From Paraspadella gotoi (Eukaryota > Animalia > Chaetognatha), in contig CM119263.1 in assembly GCA_051294375.1 (NCBI GenBank), forward strand, positions 2,550,182-2,614,181: a DNA stretch of 64,000 bases. Reading direction: 5' to 3'. Shown here in pieces: positions 38,298 to 49,133 of this stretch. Position 1 is the first letter of the stretch, and every line of letters begins with the position of its first letter. A program made the position numbers and the translations under genes. The notes beneath the pieces were generated by a model. The model saw only the letters and a program-made list of their open reading frames with translations. It searched no databases and was not told the DNA's origin.

Positions 38298-39213
38298 ATG
38301 ATTTCTGCTTTTGATCGATTTTGTTTAAACCCAAACTGTGTCGTTTTCGAGTAACACTTTTTTTCAACTTTTCTTTTATTAACTTTAAGGTCCATAAATG
38401 GTGCAAGAGCCAAAACGTGCGTGTTCAGCCGATTAGCGCCGGCTTGTGTTTTTCCTCAGCACAGGTAACTTTAAAAGTTGAAAAAACACCAAAACACTTA
38501 GTGGTAATACGTTTTATATTAATCTCTAGCGCACCCACTACTTGTATGGCGACATCAGCCAAGGAGCAAATGGAGGCGTTTTGGAACAAAAACTTGAATT
38601 TGAACCGACCCATTTCTCCTTTCCTGGAGATATACGCCCCGCAAGTCACTTGGACTTTATCTATCACTCATAGAATAACTGGATGTGCAGTTGCTGCGGG
38701 TAATTTCTGCCATTTCTGTTAGTTTTATTAAACATATATAAATTAATATATTTAAAAATCAGCGTTATAATTTTCCATTTTTTAGGTGTCGTCATCTTCT
38801 CTCTCTTCGAGCTGCTGACTTCGGATCCTTTCCTTGTACATTTTCAATACATAAAGGATATGGGGCTTCCCACATGGTACATCTACGGCAGTCAGTTTAT
38901 GGTGGCTTTTGCATTTAGCTTTCATTTTTGCAATGGCCTGCGGCATTTGGCTTGGGACGCTCACAAGCTTCTGTCCCTGAAGGAGGTAAGGCAGTGAAAG
39001 TAATTTCATTTTATGATAAAGTTACTGTTTTTTTTTTAATCTTGAAATTATGAATTAACAAAATGTTAATTATATTCTTATCGTTTTCTCTAGATTTACA
39101 CGTCCGGCTACGCCATGTTGATTATGACCTTCCTCATGGTCGTCTTCCTCTTCTGCCTCAAATCTTACATCGTGATCGACGACCCAGCGAAGAGGAGAAA
39201 GAGAAACCGTTAA
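38298..39213 (+). CDS. SDHC: Succinate dehydrogenase cytochrome b560 subunit (5 exons)
   Basis: FWNKNLNLNRPISPFLEIY..WTLSITHRITG; FHFCNGLRHLAWD (haem His); IYTSGY. Exon phases are consistent from the ATG at 38298. Confidence 0.92.
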
Positions 39214-39538
39214 GATTCGAGTCCAATTTTATCTCCGGTTTATTTATGTTTACTAAATATGTCCATATTTTTAATGTGAGCGAACGTACTAGAATAGAAT
39301 CTGCGTTTATGGGGAAATATTTTTTTTCAAGCCATTTTATAATTTTCTGATGATACGAACATACGAACGACTCCCTTTATCCTTCAATCTAGGTTTTGAC
39401 TTCAGTTCGGTTCGGCCAAGTTTTAATAATGTGTTGGATAATAAACGACAACCATCGTCTCGATCGTTTAAATATTGTGATAATGTGATATTATTTATTT
39501 CCCCCCCTAGTCATCTTTTCTGATAATAATTCGTCGAC

Positions 39539-40303
39539 ATGTTGTCGCCTAAAGAACTTGATGCGTCCGCCTCATCGAAGCGCTCCCAGGAGCAGCCGAA
39601 CCTCGATTCGGCCCGAGAGCAGTTTTCGTGCCACGAGGGTCGCGGCGACTGGGTTCGAGGTCCGGAGACGCCGCGTCCGCCTCCTTGTTCGTCCAGTTTC
39701 GTCACCAATTCGTCCCGCCGATCGCCGGTGGGCGTGGCCTCCAAATCGGTCAAGTCTCAGTTGGACCGGGATTTCTTCTCGTCTCCCGTGACGCTGATCC
39801 GCAGCACGCCGAAGACCACCGATGAAACCTTGAAGGAAGCCCCTTCCGTTCTCACTCCTCCGTATCTGAGAGCCTTGGACGTTGAGGACCAATCCACGGG
39901 CAAAGATTCCGCGCTCGCGTTCAACCCGATCACTTTGTTTCCAGCGCCGAACAGGTTATTTCCTTGGTTTCTTCAGTATTAACCTCATTGATCGATGTTT
40001 TACAAATCACTTTTCCGTTGCAGTTACTTCGGTCTCTCGGCTTTCTCCTGGTGCTGCTGTCCTCTCAACATCTTGGCGATTGTCGCTTTTGCTTTCAGTC
40101 TGCGTTCCATGCGTCTCTACGATAGAGGCTACTTTAGAGGCTCCAAGCAGATGGGCGCCAGAGCCTTTTGTCTGGGCATTCTCGCTTTGCTCGTCAACGC
40201 CATTGCTTACGGCGTCCTTGCGGCACTGTTCGTCACCTACGGAATTCGTCGCAGTCTTCTCGGCGGATGGATGGGGCGAAATTCGACCGACGCCGGAGTA
40301 TGA
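39539..40303 (+). CDS. CD225/dispanin family membrane protein (SynDIG1/PRRT/TMEM91-like)
   Basis: Disordered N-terminus, then PN-SYFGLSAFSWCCCPLNILAIVAFAFS...GYFRGSKQMGARAFCLGILALL; one intron ~39955-40023. Confidence 0.8.
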
Positions 40304-40491
40304 TTCCATTCCCAAATTTAAATTTCCAACTTTCAAAATAATATTTTTTCCAAAACGTTGGTAATTTTTTTTTTTTTTACTAAAAATTGTTACATTAATT
40401 CTGAATGATTGTGTCGCTCTTATTTGTTAAAAAATGTTTTGGCCATTTTTCTAGTTTTGAGTTTTTTAATAAAAGTGATTGAAGAATCAAG

Positions 40492-42244
40492 ATGGATCGA
40501 GTGATGTGCATCGAAATAGTCAAGAACATTCAGTCTATGGCTCTTAATGTTCAGGTAAAATCAGAATTGTTTGTTTGTTTGTTTTTGTTTGTTTGTTTTT
40601 GTTTTTGAACGCTCGTCATTTATCTTTTCAGAGATACCTGGAACAAGCGGGAAACGAGGCCTACTATTGTAAGCGATGTTCGAAAGCGGACAAACACAAG
40701 AAGAAATTTGGATTGAACAAAGCGAGAAACCTGAGGCCTCACTCTCGCCCCAAGGACCTCTCCAGTTTTCTCTGGGTCAAACACTCCAATTACTCCAGAC
40801 TCAAAAACGATTCGTCCACTTGCGACGAGATATTGCAGACGGAGCAGCGGGACGGGGCCAACTCGTTCCTATCCTCGCAGCGTCAGCAGAGCGACTCTAC
40901 CGCCAACGTTGCACCCGTCTCCTCGGCGCCGCAATCGGTCCGACGCAACGCCGAAGCCTCTCTCTTCTTCGAGCGAGAGTCGTCCTCGAAGCGACAGCGG
41001 CTCGAACATCACCCATCAGGAGCCGACGAGGATTCGCCGACGAGGTCCTCGGAGGAAACCGAATCCTCCAAAGTTAAATCTGAGCCGCAGGACTTGACGA
41101 TGGCCACAGAAGACTCGGCGCAGCTCTCTCCTCGTCCGTCAACGCTCGCTTCCGAGGTGTTAAAATCCCTGGCGTCGAAGACCAAGTCGACTTCGGCTCC
41201 TCAGACTGCGTCTGCGGTGACGGTCACTGACGGTTTCGCTTCCTCGGGCGGATTCGTCGACGCGTCTCGCGATGCGAGGGCCGAGGAGTCGCTGCAGCCT
41301 GAACATTCTTCGACCAACGCCGCTCTCGACTCTGCTGCAGCAGCCGCCGCCGCAGCCCTCTCCAAAAACGTTTCTTTCGCCTCCGACATTCTCAAATCGT
41401 TGGCGTCGAAAAACAAGAGTCAAACGTTGGGCGACGCCACCGTCAAACCCGAGAGCGGACAGACGATCAACGACGCCGCCGACGAACCTGACTTTAACGA
41501 AGCCCCCGCCAAACCACGACCCTCTTCAGACATTCTCAGAAACATTTTAGAATCTCTGCCCGTTGACACTCTCGGTATGTACGTAGCTATTGTAACGGTC
41601 GTGCACTTAATTAAGCGACTTAGTCTTAAGCTTTTTGTGTTATGGAAGACGAAAAATAGGGAAAATATTAAAATGTTATAGATATGTTAATAAATAAAAT
41701 CACAAAAACTTGAGCCTAACCTCATCCTCCACACTACTCACCCCTCCTCGACGCAGATCAATCAGAAGAAATTCAACGGTTAATGTTAAGCGACAACCGC
41801 CGAGGGGCCGGCGGCGGCGGCGGCGGCGGCGGCACCGAGATCGACCCCAAATCCAACTTCTGCGTTCCCGTTTCGATCCCGGCCATTTTCGGTGGCGGCT
41901 CCGTCGCCAAGACTATGTTCTCTTTTTCGGCGACGAACCCTTTCACGACCTCAGCCGACTACGACGCGTTCGCCTCCTCCGCGCCTCCCGCCTCCTTCGC
42001 CTGGTCACATTCTTTCCCCACCCCCGCCTCCACCGCCCAGGCTTCAATTCTTCACACTGCTTCGGCGACGAGCTTCCTCTCACAGTTGGCGCAGTGCGAC
42101 CGTTCGATCAAGGACTCGGAGGCGGAGGCGATGGGAACGGAGACTCATTCGGAGTCTCGGCCACGTTCCAATGACGCCTCCGACTTTGACGACGAACTTG
42201 AGAACGAGTCTCCGATGAAGGACGTCAAGACGGAGGAGCGTTGA
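40492..42244 (+). CDS. Uncharacterised, probably nuclear, low-complexity protein (3 exons)
   Basis: Phase-consistent exons 40492-40554, 40632-41575 and 41757-42244; CxxC (YYCKRC), basic patch, SUMO-consensus VKSE/VKPE/VKTE, repeated S[ED][VI]LKSL motif. Confidence 0.7.
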
Positions 42245-43118
42245 TCCATTCTCCGAGTCTTTCCGGGTTCAAAATCTTCGCCATCATTAATTCACTTCTT
42301 TTGCTCTTCTATTCTCATTATTTATTGCCCTTCATCACTTTACGTACATATACAGGGGTGAAAGCTTCGCATTGCAGTAAATCGTAGATTAGCTGTAACT
42401 CTCGAGTAGTTTTTCACGTTTCCACGACACAAACGGAAATGTGTTGTTGCACTGGGTGTCATTTGTTATTAACTTCGAAACTCGACTCATTTTTCTCCTT
42501 TTATTTATTCTGAAGTCTCAGCTTTTGTCACGTTCTCTTTACTTTAGACGTGATTTTGATAATTTTACTCATCTCCTCGGTCTCAGTATTATTTTGGTTC
42601 TTTCCAAGTCGCACATCCCATAATTTTTTAATTATTTTTAAACACAGATTCGGTTTGTACACCAATTTTAAGAAAGAATATCATGTATCGAAGGATCAAA
42701 TTAGTTAATTAATTAATTAATTAATTTGATTATTTTGGGATTCTTGAAATTCTAGTATTTTTTATCAGACGTATTCGTTAAAATTGTTTTTTAAGAACCA
42801 AGTTTGATCAATAAAATTAGGAAACCTCGTTATGACTGTAAAAAGCAAAAGTGAGTGCGAGGTTATTAAATGAATATCACATTAACTTCAGCATCAGTTG
42901 CAATATTGATTGATCGTTCGGTCCGGTGATAGTTATATATTTCATACAAGATATTTTTTTTACAAATTTTTTTTGTTTATTTTACTTTACACAAAATTTA
43001 TTTAGAATGACTATTTAATAAAAAGAGTCATTGAGGAACAAAAATAAATATTTATAATTTTATATTAATTTAAAATTCTTTGTCAGTTGTATGTTTTTAT
43101 TTTCAGTATTCCAAGAAA

Positions 43119-45083
43119 ATGAGTCTGAAACCTGAACCTCATACCTTCAAACAGTTTTTCCAGAATTTGGACGGTTTGAGGCAAAATGGGCAATTTCTTG
43201 ATCTTGCTTTAGAAATCCTGAGTGAAGATGGCCAGACGACCTACTTTTACGTCCACAAATTAGTTTTAATTGTATCCTGTTCTTATTTTGGTAATTTGCT
43301 CGACAAAGACGGTGTGATTGTTGAAACAAGAATGCCTCCACAAGTAAAACCCTTATCACTGAGCATGATTTTGGACTACCTGTATGGTAACGAAATCTGC
43401 TTGAACCAATTAAATCCCGGTGAACGAGAAAATCTGGCATTGACGGCGGATTTGCTCGGTTTAGAAAATTTTCGAACCCAAATGAAGGAACAAATAGAAA
43501 TAAATCCAATTAAAACGGAACAATCGGCGCCAAATCCTAAATTAGAAATCAAACTGGAAAGGCTGGACGACGATTCTATTTCCCTGGCGTGTAAAACGGA
43601 ACCAGTGAGTGCTAACGGAGATTATCCAAGTACCTCGACGCTCTCCGCGTCTAACGTTCTCAGGCAAGCTCGAAAATCTCGCAGGAAAATGACTTTATTG
43701 AATCTCCAAACGAGAAAGAGATTGAGAGAGAGACAACATTACTCGATGAACAAACGAGAGAAAAAATCAAAGAAGGAAAAAAAGGAGGAAGTCTCGATGC
43801 TCACTTCGAATTCTGACGACGAATTGAATAACGAAGACAACGACGACAACGTCGACTCTTCGCCCAAGGAAATTTACTCGGAGAGACTCGACATCGACTT
43901 TGAAAAGATCAAACGTTATTTGCCCAACGGGAAAGACCGAAGGCTCTTCTTTAATTTCAGCATCAAGAGACACACCCAGCACATCAAGGTCAACTACAAA
44001 GATAGTTGGCATCCCGCCCTCGCCAACAAAGAGACGCTTCTGGGAAGCCTCACGCCTCTGGATTACGAAATGGACGCCAGGTCCCAGGGTTTGGTCAAGA
44101 TCGTCGGCGAAATGAAGACATGTCCCGAGGATGGAAACAAAGTCAATCTGACTCTTCTCAGCGGCGGAACGGAATGTCTGGAAATCTTCAGCGAAAACGG
44201 AAAAGTGAAATGTCCCTTTTGTCCGGATTTCCTATCCTTGAACAAGCTCAGCATCGCCGTGCACTTTTTGTACGAACACGGATACCTGTGGATCGATTTC
44301 GGAAAAGTCTGCAGCGTCTGCGGTTGCGCCTTCGTCAATGAGAAACATTTGGACAATCACTTGAAAACGGTTCATAAGGTCGATTGTCCCAAGAAGAAAT
44401 ACGTCGGGAAATTGCGTTTGGAGGACGTGAGGAAACCGGCGCCCCCCTCGAGAAGGTTGAGGCGATTGATGAAGAAGAAAAAGATAATTCCACCTGGACC
44501 CTACGTCTGCGAGGAATGCAATATGAAAGAGTTTCCTTATTATTCCGCTCTGCAGCAGCACATCAATTTGAAGCACGTCAAGCTGTCACGTTACATCTGC
44601 CAAGAACCAGGATGTTCCTTTACTCACTACGAGAAGGTGGCCTTTTTACGTCACCTCTATCGAATCCACAACATCAGTCTGTGTCAGACTCTCGTTCTCC
44701 GTTGCGACAAGTGCGACTACACCACGCTCAAAGAACGGGGTCTTCGGGTGCATGCCGCGGTACACGACCCCGAGAGCGTTACCTGCCCAGTTGAGGGTTG
44801 TTCCAAAATATTCTCGCGGCGATCATCCGTGAATCGGCACCTGCAGGACGTTCACGTGCGGCCCACATTCGGGTGCGAGCAATGCGGCAGCGTTTTCCAT
44901 AGCAAACTGAGGCTGCAGTATCATGTGCGTAACATGCACCGCGAGAGGACGAGGCGTTTCAAGTGCGCCTATTGCTCGCACATGACATACGAACGGGGAA
45001 ATTGCAGAAAGCACTTGGTGCGAAGTCACAGCGACAAACCAGTTCAGATCTGGGATATTCTCAAAAGCGTCATGGTGCAGTAA
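43119..45083 (+). CDS. BTB/POZ + C2H2 zinc-finger transcription factor (ZBTB-like), intronless CDS
   Basis: BTB LDGLRQNGQFLDL...FYVHKLVLIVSCSYF...ILDYLY; about 8 C2H2 fingers (e.g. CSVCGCAFVNEKHLDNHLKTVH, CPVEGCSKIFSRRSSVNRHLQDVH). Confidence 0.9.
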   Translation: MSLKPEPHTFKQFFQNLDGLRQNGQFLDLALEILSEDGQTTYFYVHKLVLIVSCSYFGNLLDKDGVIVETRMPPQVKPLSLSMILDYLYGNEICLNQLNPGERENLALTADLLGLENFRTQMKEQIEINPIKTEQSAPNPKLEIKLERLDDDSISLACKTEPVSANGDYPSTSTLSASNVLRQARKSRRKMTLLNLQTRKRLRERQHYSMNKREKKSKKEKKEEVSMLTSNSDDELNNEDNDDNVDSSPKEIYSERLDIDFEKIKRYLPNGKDRRLFFNFSIKRHTQHIKVNYKDSWHPALANKETLLGSLTPLDYEMDARSQGLVKIVGEMKTCPEDGNKVNLTLLSGGTECLEIFSENGKVKCPFCPDFLSLNKLSIAVHFLYEHGYLWIDFGKVCSVCGCAFVNEKHLDNHLKTVHKVDCPKKKYVGKLRLEDVRKPAPPSRRLRRLMKKKKIIPPGPYVCEECNMKEFPYYSALQQHINLKHVKLSRYICQEPGCSFTHYEKVAFLRHLYRIHNISLCQTLVLRCDKCDYTTLKERGLRVHAAVHDPESVTCPVEGCSKIFSRRSSVNRHLQDVHVRPTFGCEQCGSVFHSKLRLQYHVRNMHRERTRRFKCAYCSHMTYERGNCRKHLVRSHSDKPVQIWDILKSVMVQ

Positions 45084-45328
45084 TAAATCTAAAATTAAAT
45101 TACTATATGTCATTGTATCTTCGGTGACGTCGTCTTGCCGTTTTGTTCCATCTAGTCATTGAGTCGTTCTTATTTTTATGAGGTTGGGAGTCTCGACTAA
45201 TTTATAGAATTTCCTGGCGAAATTCCCCTTGCTAATTTTTTCTGTCCTTTTTAAAAAAAGATTCTAGAAAAGAAAGTTTTTTATTTTCCAGAAAGAAAAA
45301 GAATTCGCTCCGCCTTGGCTCTAGAGCA

Positions 45329-46592
45329 ATGGATTTGTCGCAGTTGAGCGATATTATGAAAAACTTTTTGCATCGCTACGACCTCGCATCTAATTGGATG
45401 GTGATGACGGAAGAAGCGAACGACCGCATTCTCATTCAACGTCGTTTCCCGCCGGCTCGGCCCCAGAGCGCCGCCGTTGTCGACGTGAAGAGTCACCCCG
45501 CGATCTTTCCGCCGGTGACCGTGGGCGAAGCCTTCGTTGCGCCGCTGGGGCGTGATCAGGTCGCCGGTCCAGCTGGAAGTCGGGACGATCGAATTCAGGC
45601 GCCGAAAATGGCACAGGAGATTTTTTTAACGCAACATCCCTCGAGTGAGTCGAGTTGGGTTTTATTCAGTTGAAGCGATAATAATATTAATAATATTTTA
45701 CTATCCTTTTTTCTCCTTCCAACCCGCCCCTCTCATCCCCCCCTCCCAGTTTCCCCTTGCCACGACGGACGCAGCTCTTTCCTCTCATGCATCGCCATCG
45801 GCGGCGACGACGATCAGCGCCGCTTCTCCTGCAAACTTTGCGGAGCCGCGTACCCGACGGCTCGCGAGTGCAATCACCACGTCGACCAGTCGCACGGCGT
45901 CCAGGCGGCCGCCGCCGAACCTCGCTTCGAGTGCTCCAAGTGCGGGGAGGTCTTCACCACCCGCCCCGCCCTCTCTTCGCACGAGGAAAAGCGGCATGGG
46001 CCCCGGACCGCCAAGAGGAAATGCTTCGTCTGCGGCGAAACCCTGGAGGCCGCTCTTCTGAACCAGCATCTTCAATCCGTGCATCCAGGGGCGTTGCCAA
46101 ACGAAGCCGAACATGGTGAGAATTTTTATTGGGCTAGCAGTATCGCATTGCTGAGGTTATGAATTGAATAATTAAAAAATCGCGTCGCACTTAAATAAAG
46201 CCGGAGCGCGATTGGGTCTCCTCCCCTCCTCGAGCCAAGGCCCCTCCCACGGCGCCCTCAAGCGGCGCTCGGCGTCGAAAGGCCGGAAGAACGACGTAGA
46301 CGCGGAGATCGACGACCGACGTAAAACCGTCCTCTGCGACTACGAGGGATGCGCTAAGAGGTTCACCACCGTCTACAACAAGAAGCATCACATCGAATCC
46401 GTGCATCTCGGCATCAAGCACCCCTGCCACCTTTGCTCATCCGCCTTCGCCCAGGAGAGAGATAGAAAGGTGCACATCAAGGCGGTGCACTTTGGCTTCA
46501 AAGTCAAGTGCGAAGTCTGCGGAAAAGAGTTCAACCGCCCTTCAGAAATGCGTCGCCATCTCAAGCAGATGCACGGACAGTCCCCGGGCTAA
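45329..46592 (+). CDS. C2H2 zinc-finger protein (3 exons, ~6 fingers)
   Basis: Exon 2 (~45750-46115) CKLCGAAYPTARECNHHVDQSH and CSKCGEVFTTRPALSSHEEKRH; exon 3 CDYEGCAKRFTTVYNKKHHIESVH and CEVCGKEFNRPSEMRRHLKQMH. Confidence 0.85.
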
Positions 46593-46820
46593 AAGTGCGG
46601 GTGAGTTTTTACGTTTTGTAGTTAAGGTTACGAGGTAGTAACGAAGTTATACATTCATTGTATTCATTAAAATAACCGGGTGCAATAGTTTTGTACAAAT
46701 GTATAGGTTATATTGAGAGAACCGTCCAATACTGGCGTTACTATTTTAGTTAGGTTGATTTACCATTAACATATTCAAGAAATAGAAATAGAAATCGCAT
46801 TGTTGTACGTAGATCGCCTA

Positions 46821-48201
46821 TTAGTTTTTTTCGTATTCTCCGGCAAGCGAAACGTCGTCCATAATTTTTTGGAGAACATGTTGCCAATTTTTGTTCCATT
46901 GATTTTCGCCGTCACCTTTTTTAATTTCCTGGTTCTCCTTATTTCGAGAACCTGCGCGACAATCACCCCACCCAGATGACGATGCGACGGCGCCTCTTGG
47001 CGCAAACGGAAGAGAGACTCTGTCGTTGAAATCTTCTTCGTACCAGAGGCATTCGTAATCTTCCTCATCGCCATTGCCAATTGGCTGGTCATATTCCCTA
47101 TATGCTGCGTCGTGGCTGTCGCCGGCGGCGCTGCTCCAAGAGATGGTCTCCAGGCTCGTATCCTCCGAGGATCCGTCTTCATCCGTCGCGGTTCCAGATT
47201 CCAAATCGGTCTCCGTCGAGACTTCTGAGAAACGAAGCGAACTCGCGGATCCGATGGTCGAAACTGAAAATCGTTTTAGATCTTCTACTGAGCGGCGCGA
47301 TAGCGGAGTTCCCTTCGAACGAGCGCCGCTTTCCGGAAACGACGGTCCATCGGATCCGGCGAGAAAGCCGTAGTCGTCGTCGCTGCGATTCGACGAGATG
47401 GTGGAGGCCGCGTAAAGCTTGGGCTTTTGACGCCGCGTTTGGAAGAGATTTCCCCAGCAAGAATTCCACGCGGCGCCGTCGACTTTGAGAAGTGAATCGA
47501 GATCCTCGTCGCGGCGAGGTTTAGTCGATGATCGGATATTGGGCGAAGACGGGAATTGGTGGGCGTTGAGGGGGGATTTGGTTGGCGCCGACGAAGCGAT
47601 GGAGGCTGCGTCGAAATTAGATTCTGTCAACGTTAACGTGAAATGCTTATCCGCTCGATATTTCAAATAAATTGCTTAACTTTCATTGTTTATTAAATAA
47701 AATACCTTTTTCTTCTAATTCGCACAGCGCGGTCGAAAGGTGGTTTGCGTTGAGAAATAAAAAGCTGGAGATGTTCTCCTCCAGCATCGCGGCTTCCCTC
47801 AAAACGTTGGCCGGCGTCTCCGCCTCCATCGTCTCCCCGTTCCATCGTTTCACTTCGGCGAGGAATGCCAAAGTCTGAGAGAGAATCTTGAAAGTTTTGA
47901 GAGTTTCCGCTGTGTTAGGCTCGCAGCGACGACAACGCTTCCGCGCGGCGATTCTGTCGCGCGTCTCGATGTCCCGTCGGAACAGTTCGAGGTAGCGAAG
48001 GCACAGACGATGTCCCTTTATTGACGCCACCTCCGCCGGTGTTAGACCCTGCGCGTTTTTCTCGAAGACTCGATTAGCGAGCTGCGGCGTCCGGTCTAGA
48101 AGATCGACGAGACGTTCCAAGTCGCCCCGAGCGGCGGCTTCGTGAACGAGCCATTCGTCCGACTCAGCTTTATTCTTTTTAACCATTTTTCCTTTCATCA
48201 C
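46821..48201 (-). CDS. Short-ankyrin-repeat protein with Ser/acidic tail (2 exons)
   Basis: LVHEAAARGDLERLVDLL...NAQGLTPAEVASIKGHRLCLRYL; a phase-1 intron ~47706-47624 joins ORFs 47683-48201 and 46821-47666. Confidence 0.7.
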
Positions 48202-48267
48202 TTGGATTCTCGATTTCGAGACAAAGTGAGCGCGGCTCGAGGAAGAAAACTCTTACCGTCCTCTCTC

Positions 48268-48277
48268 NNNNNNNNNN
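48268..48277. other. Assembly gap (10 N); second gap at 50212-50221
   Basis: N runs in the sequence. Confidence 1.
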
Positions 48278-49133
48278 TCTCTCTCTCTGCTCTTTTTCTG
48301 CGAACTCGTTGAATTTTCCATTTCATGTCCCTGGCGATGGAATTAAAGAGAAAGGAGGGTCGATCAACCCATTTAAGGCCGCAAATTTTCATTTAATTCC
48401 ACCGTCATTAAAAGCGTCCAACGCACTTGGCGGTCGGCACGAAATTCCTGATCCCGGTTTCGTCTTAGAATTTTTTATAGCGACAATTTATTCGGTCGTT
48501 TTAATTGGAAGCCGGGTAAAGATCGAAACTCTTGAAATAAGCAAGAAAATGGAAGGGGAGTGGCGGCATTGGAATAAACTTTGAATGCCTTATTTAATCC
48601 ATGTTCTTAATTATATTGTAGAACATTTTAAAGGAATTTCATCCACAATGCAAGTCAACGATATTTTAGTTTCATTAGGGCGAACGGGAGGTGATCGTGT
48701 AAAAAACTGCCTGAGTTGTTATTTCTTGTTTCTCAAATTCACATGCTCTGCTCGTTAAGGGACGCATAAAATTGAAAGCCATATAATCAAGTCTTGTATT
48801 GTTCTTGGCATGGAATCTTCAATAGTCGGTCATGCACGTCATTCAATATGGATTTTGCAAGCCAATGACTTTTTTGGGAAGCAGGGAGACACGCAACCAT
48901 AAAATTATACACACTTTACTTTTCTAGAATGCATACGTCATTTTTATTGGAAATTGATTATTAATAATAATAATAATAAAAAGCGAATTATATTCACCCG
49001 AACTCACAAGTTTAAAAAAATATAGTTATATATATGCAATATTGTTACTATTTTTATAGCGCATTAACTAAACTTATTATTTGCTCGCCTAAAGTGCGAG
49101 AAGTAATTAATTCCGTTTCTTTTAATCATTTAG

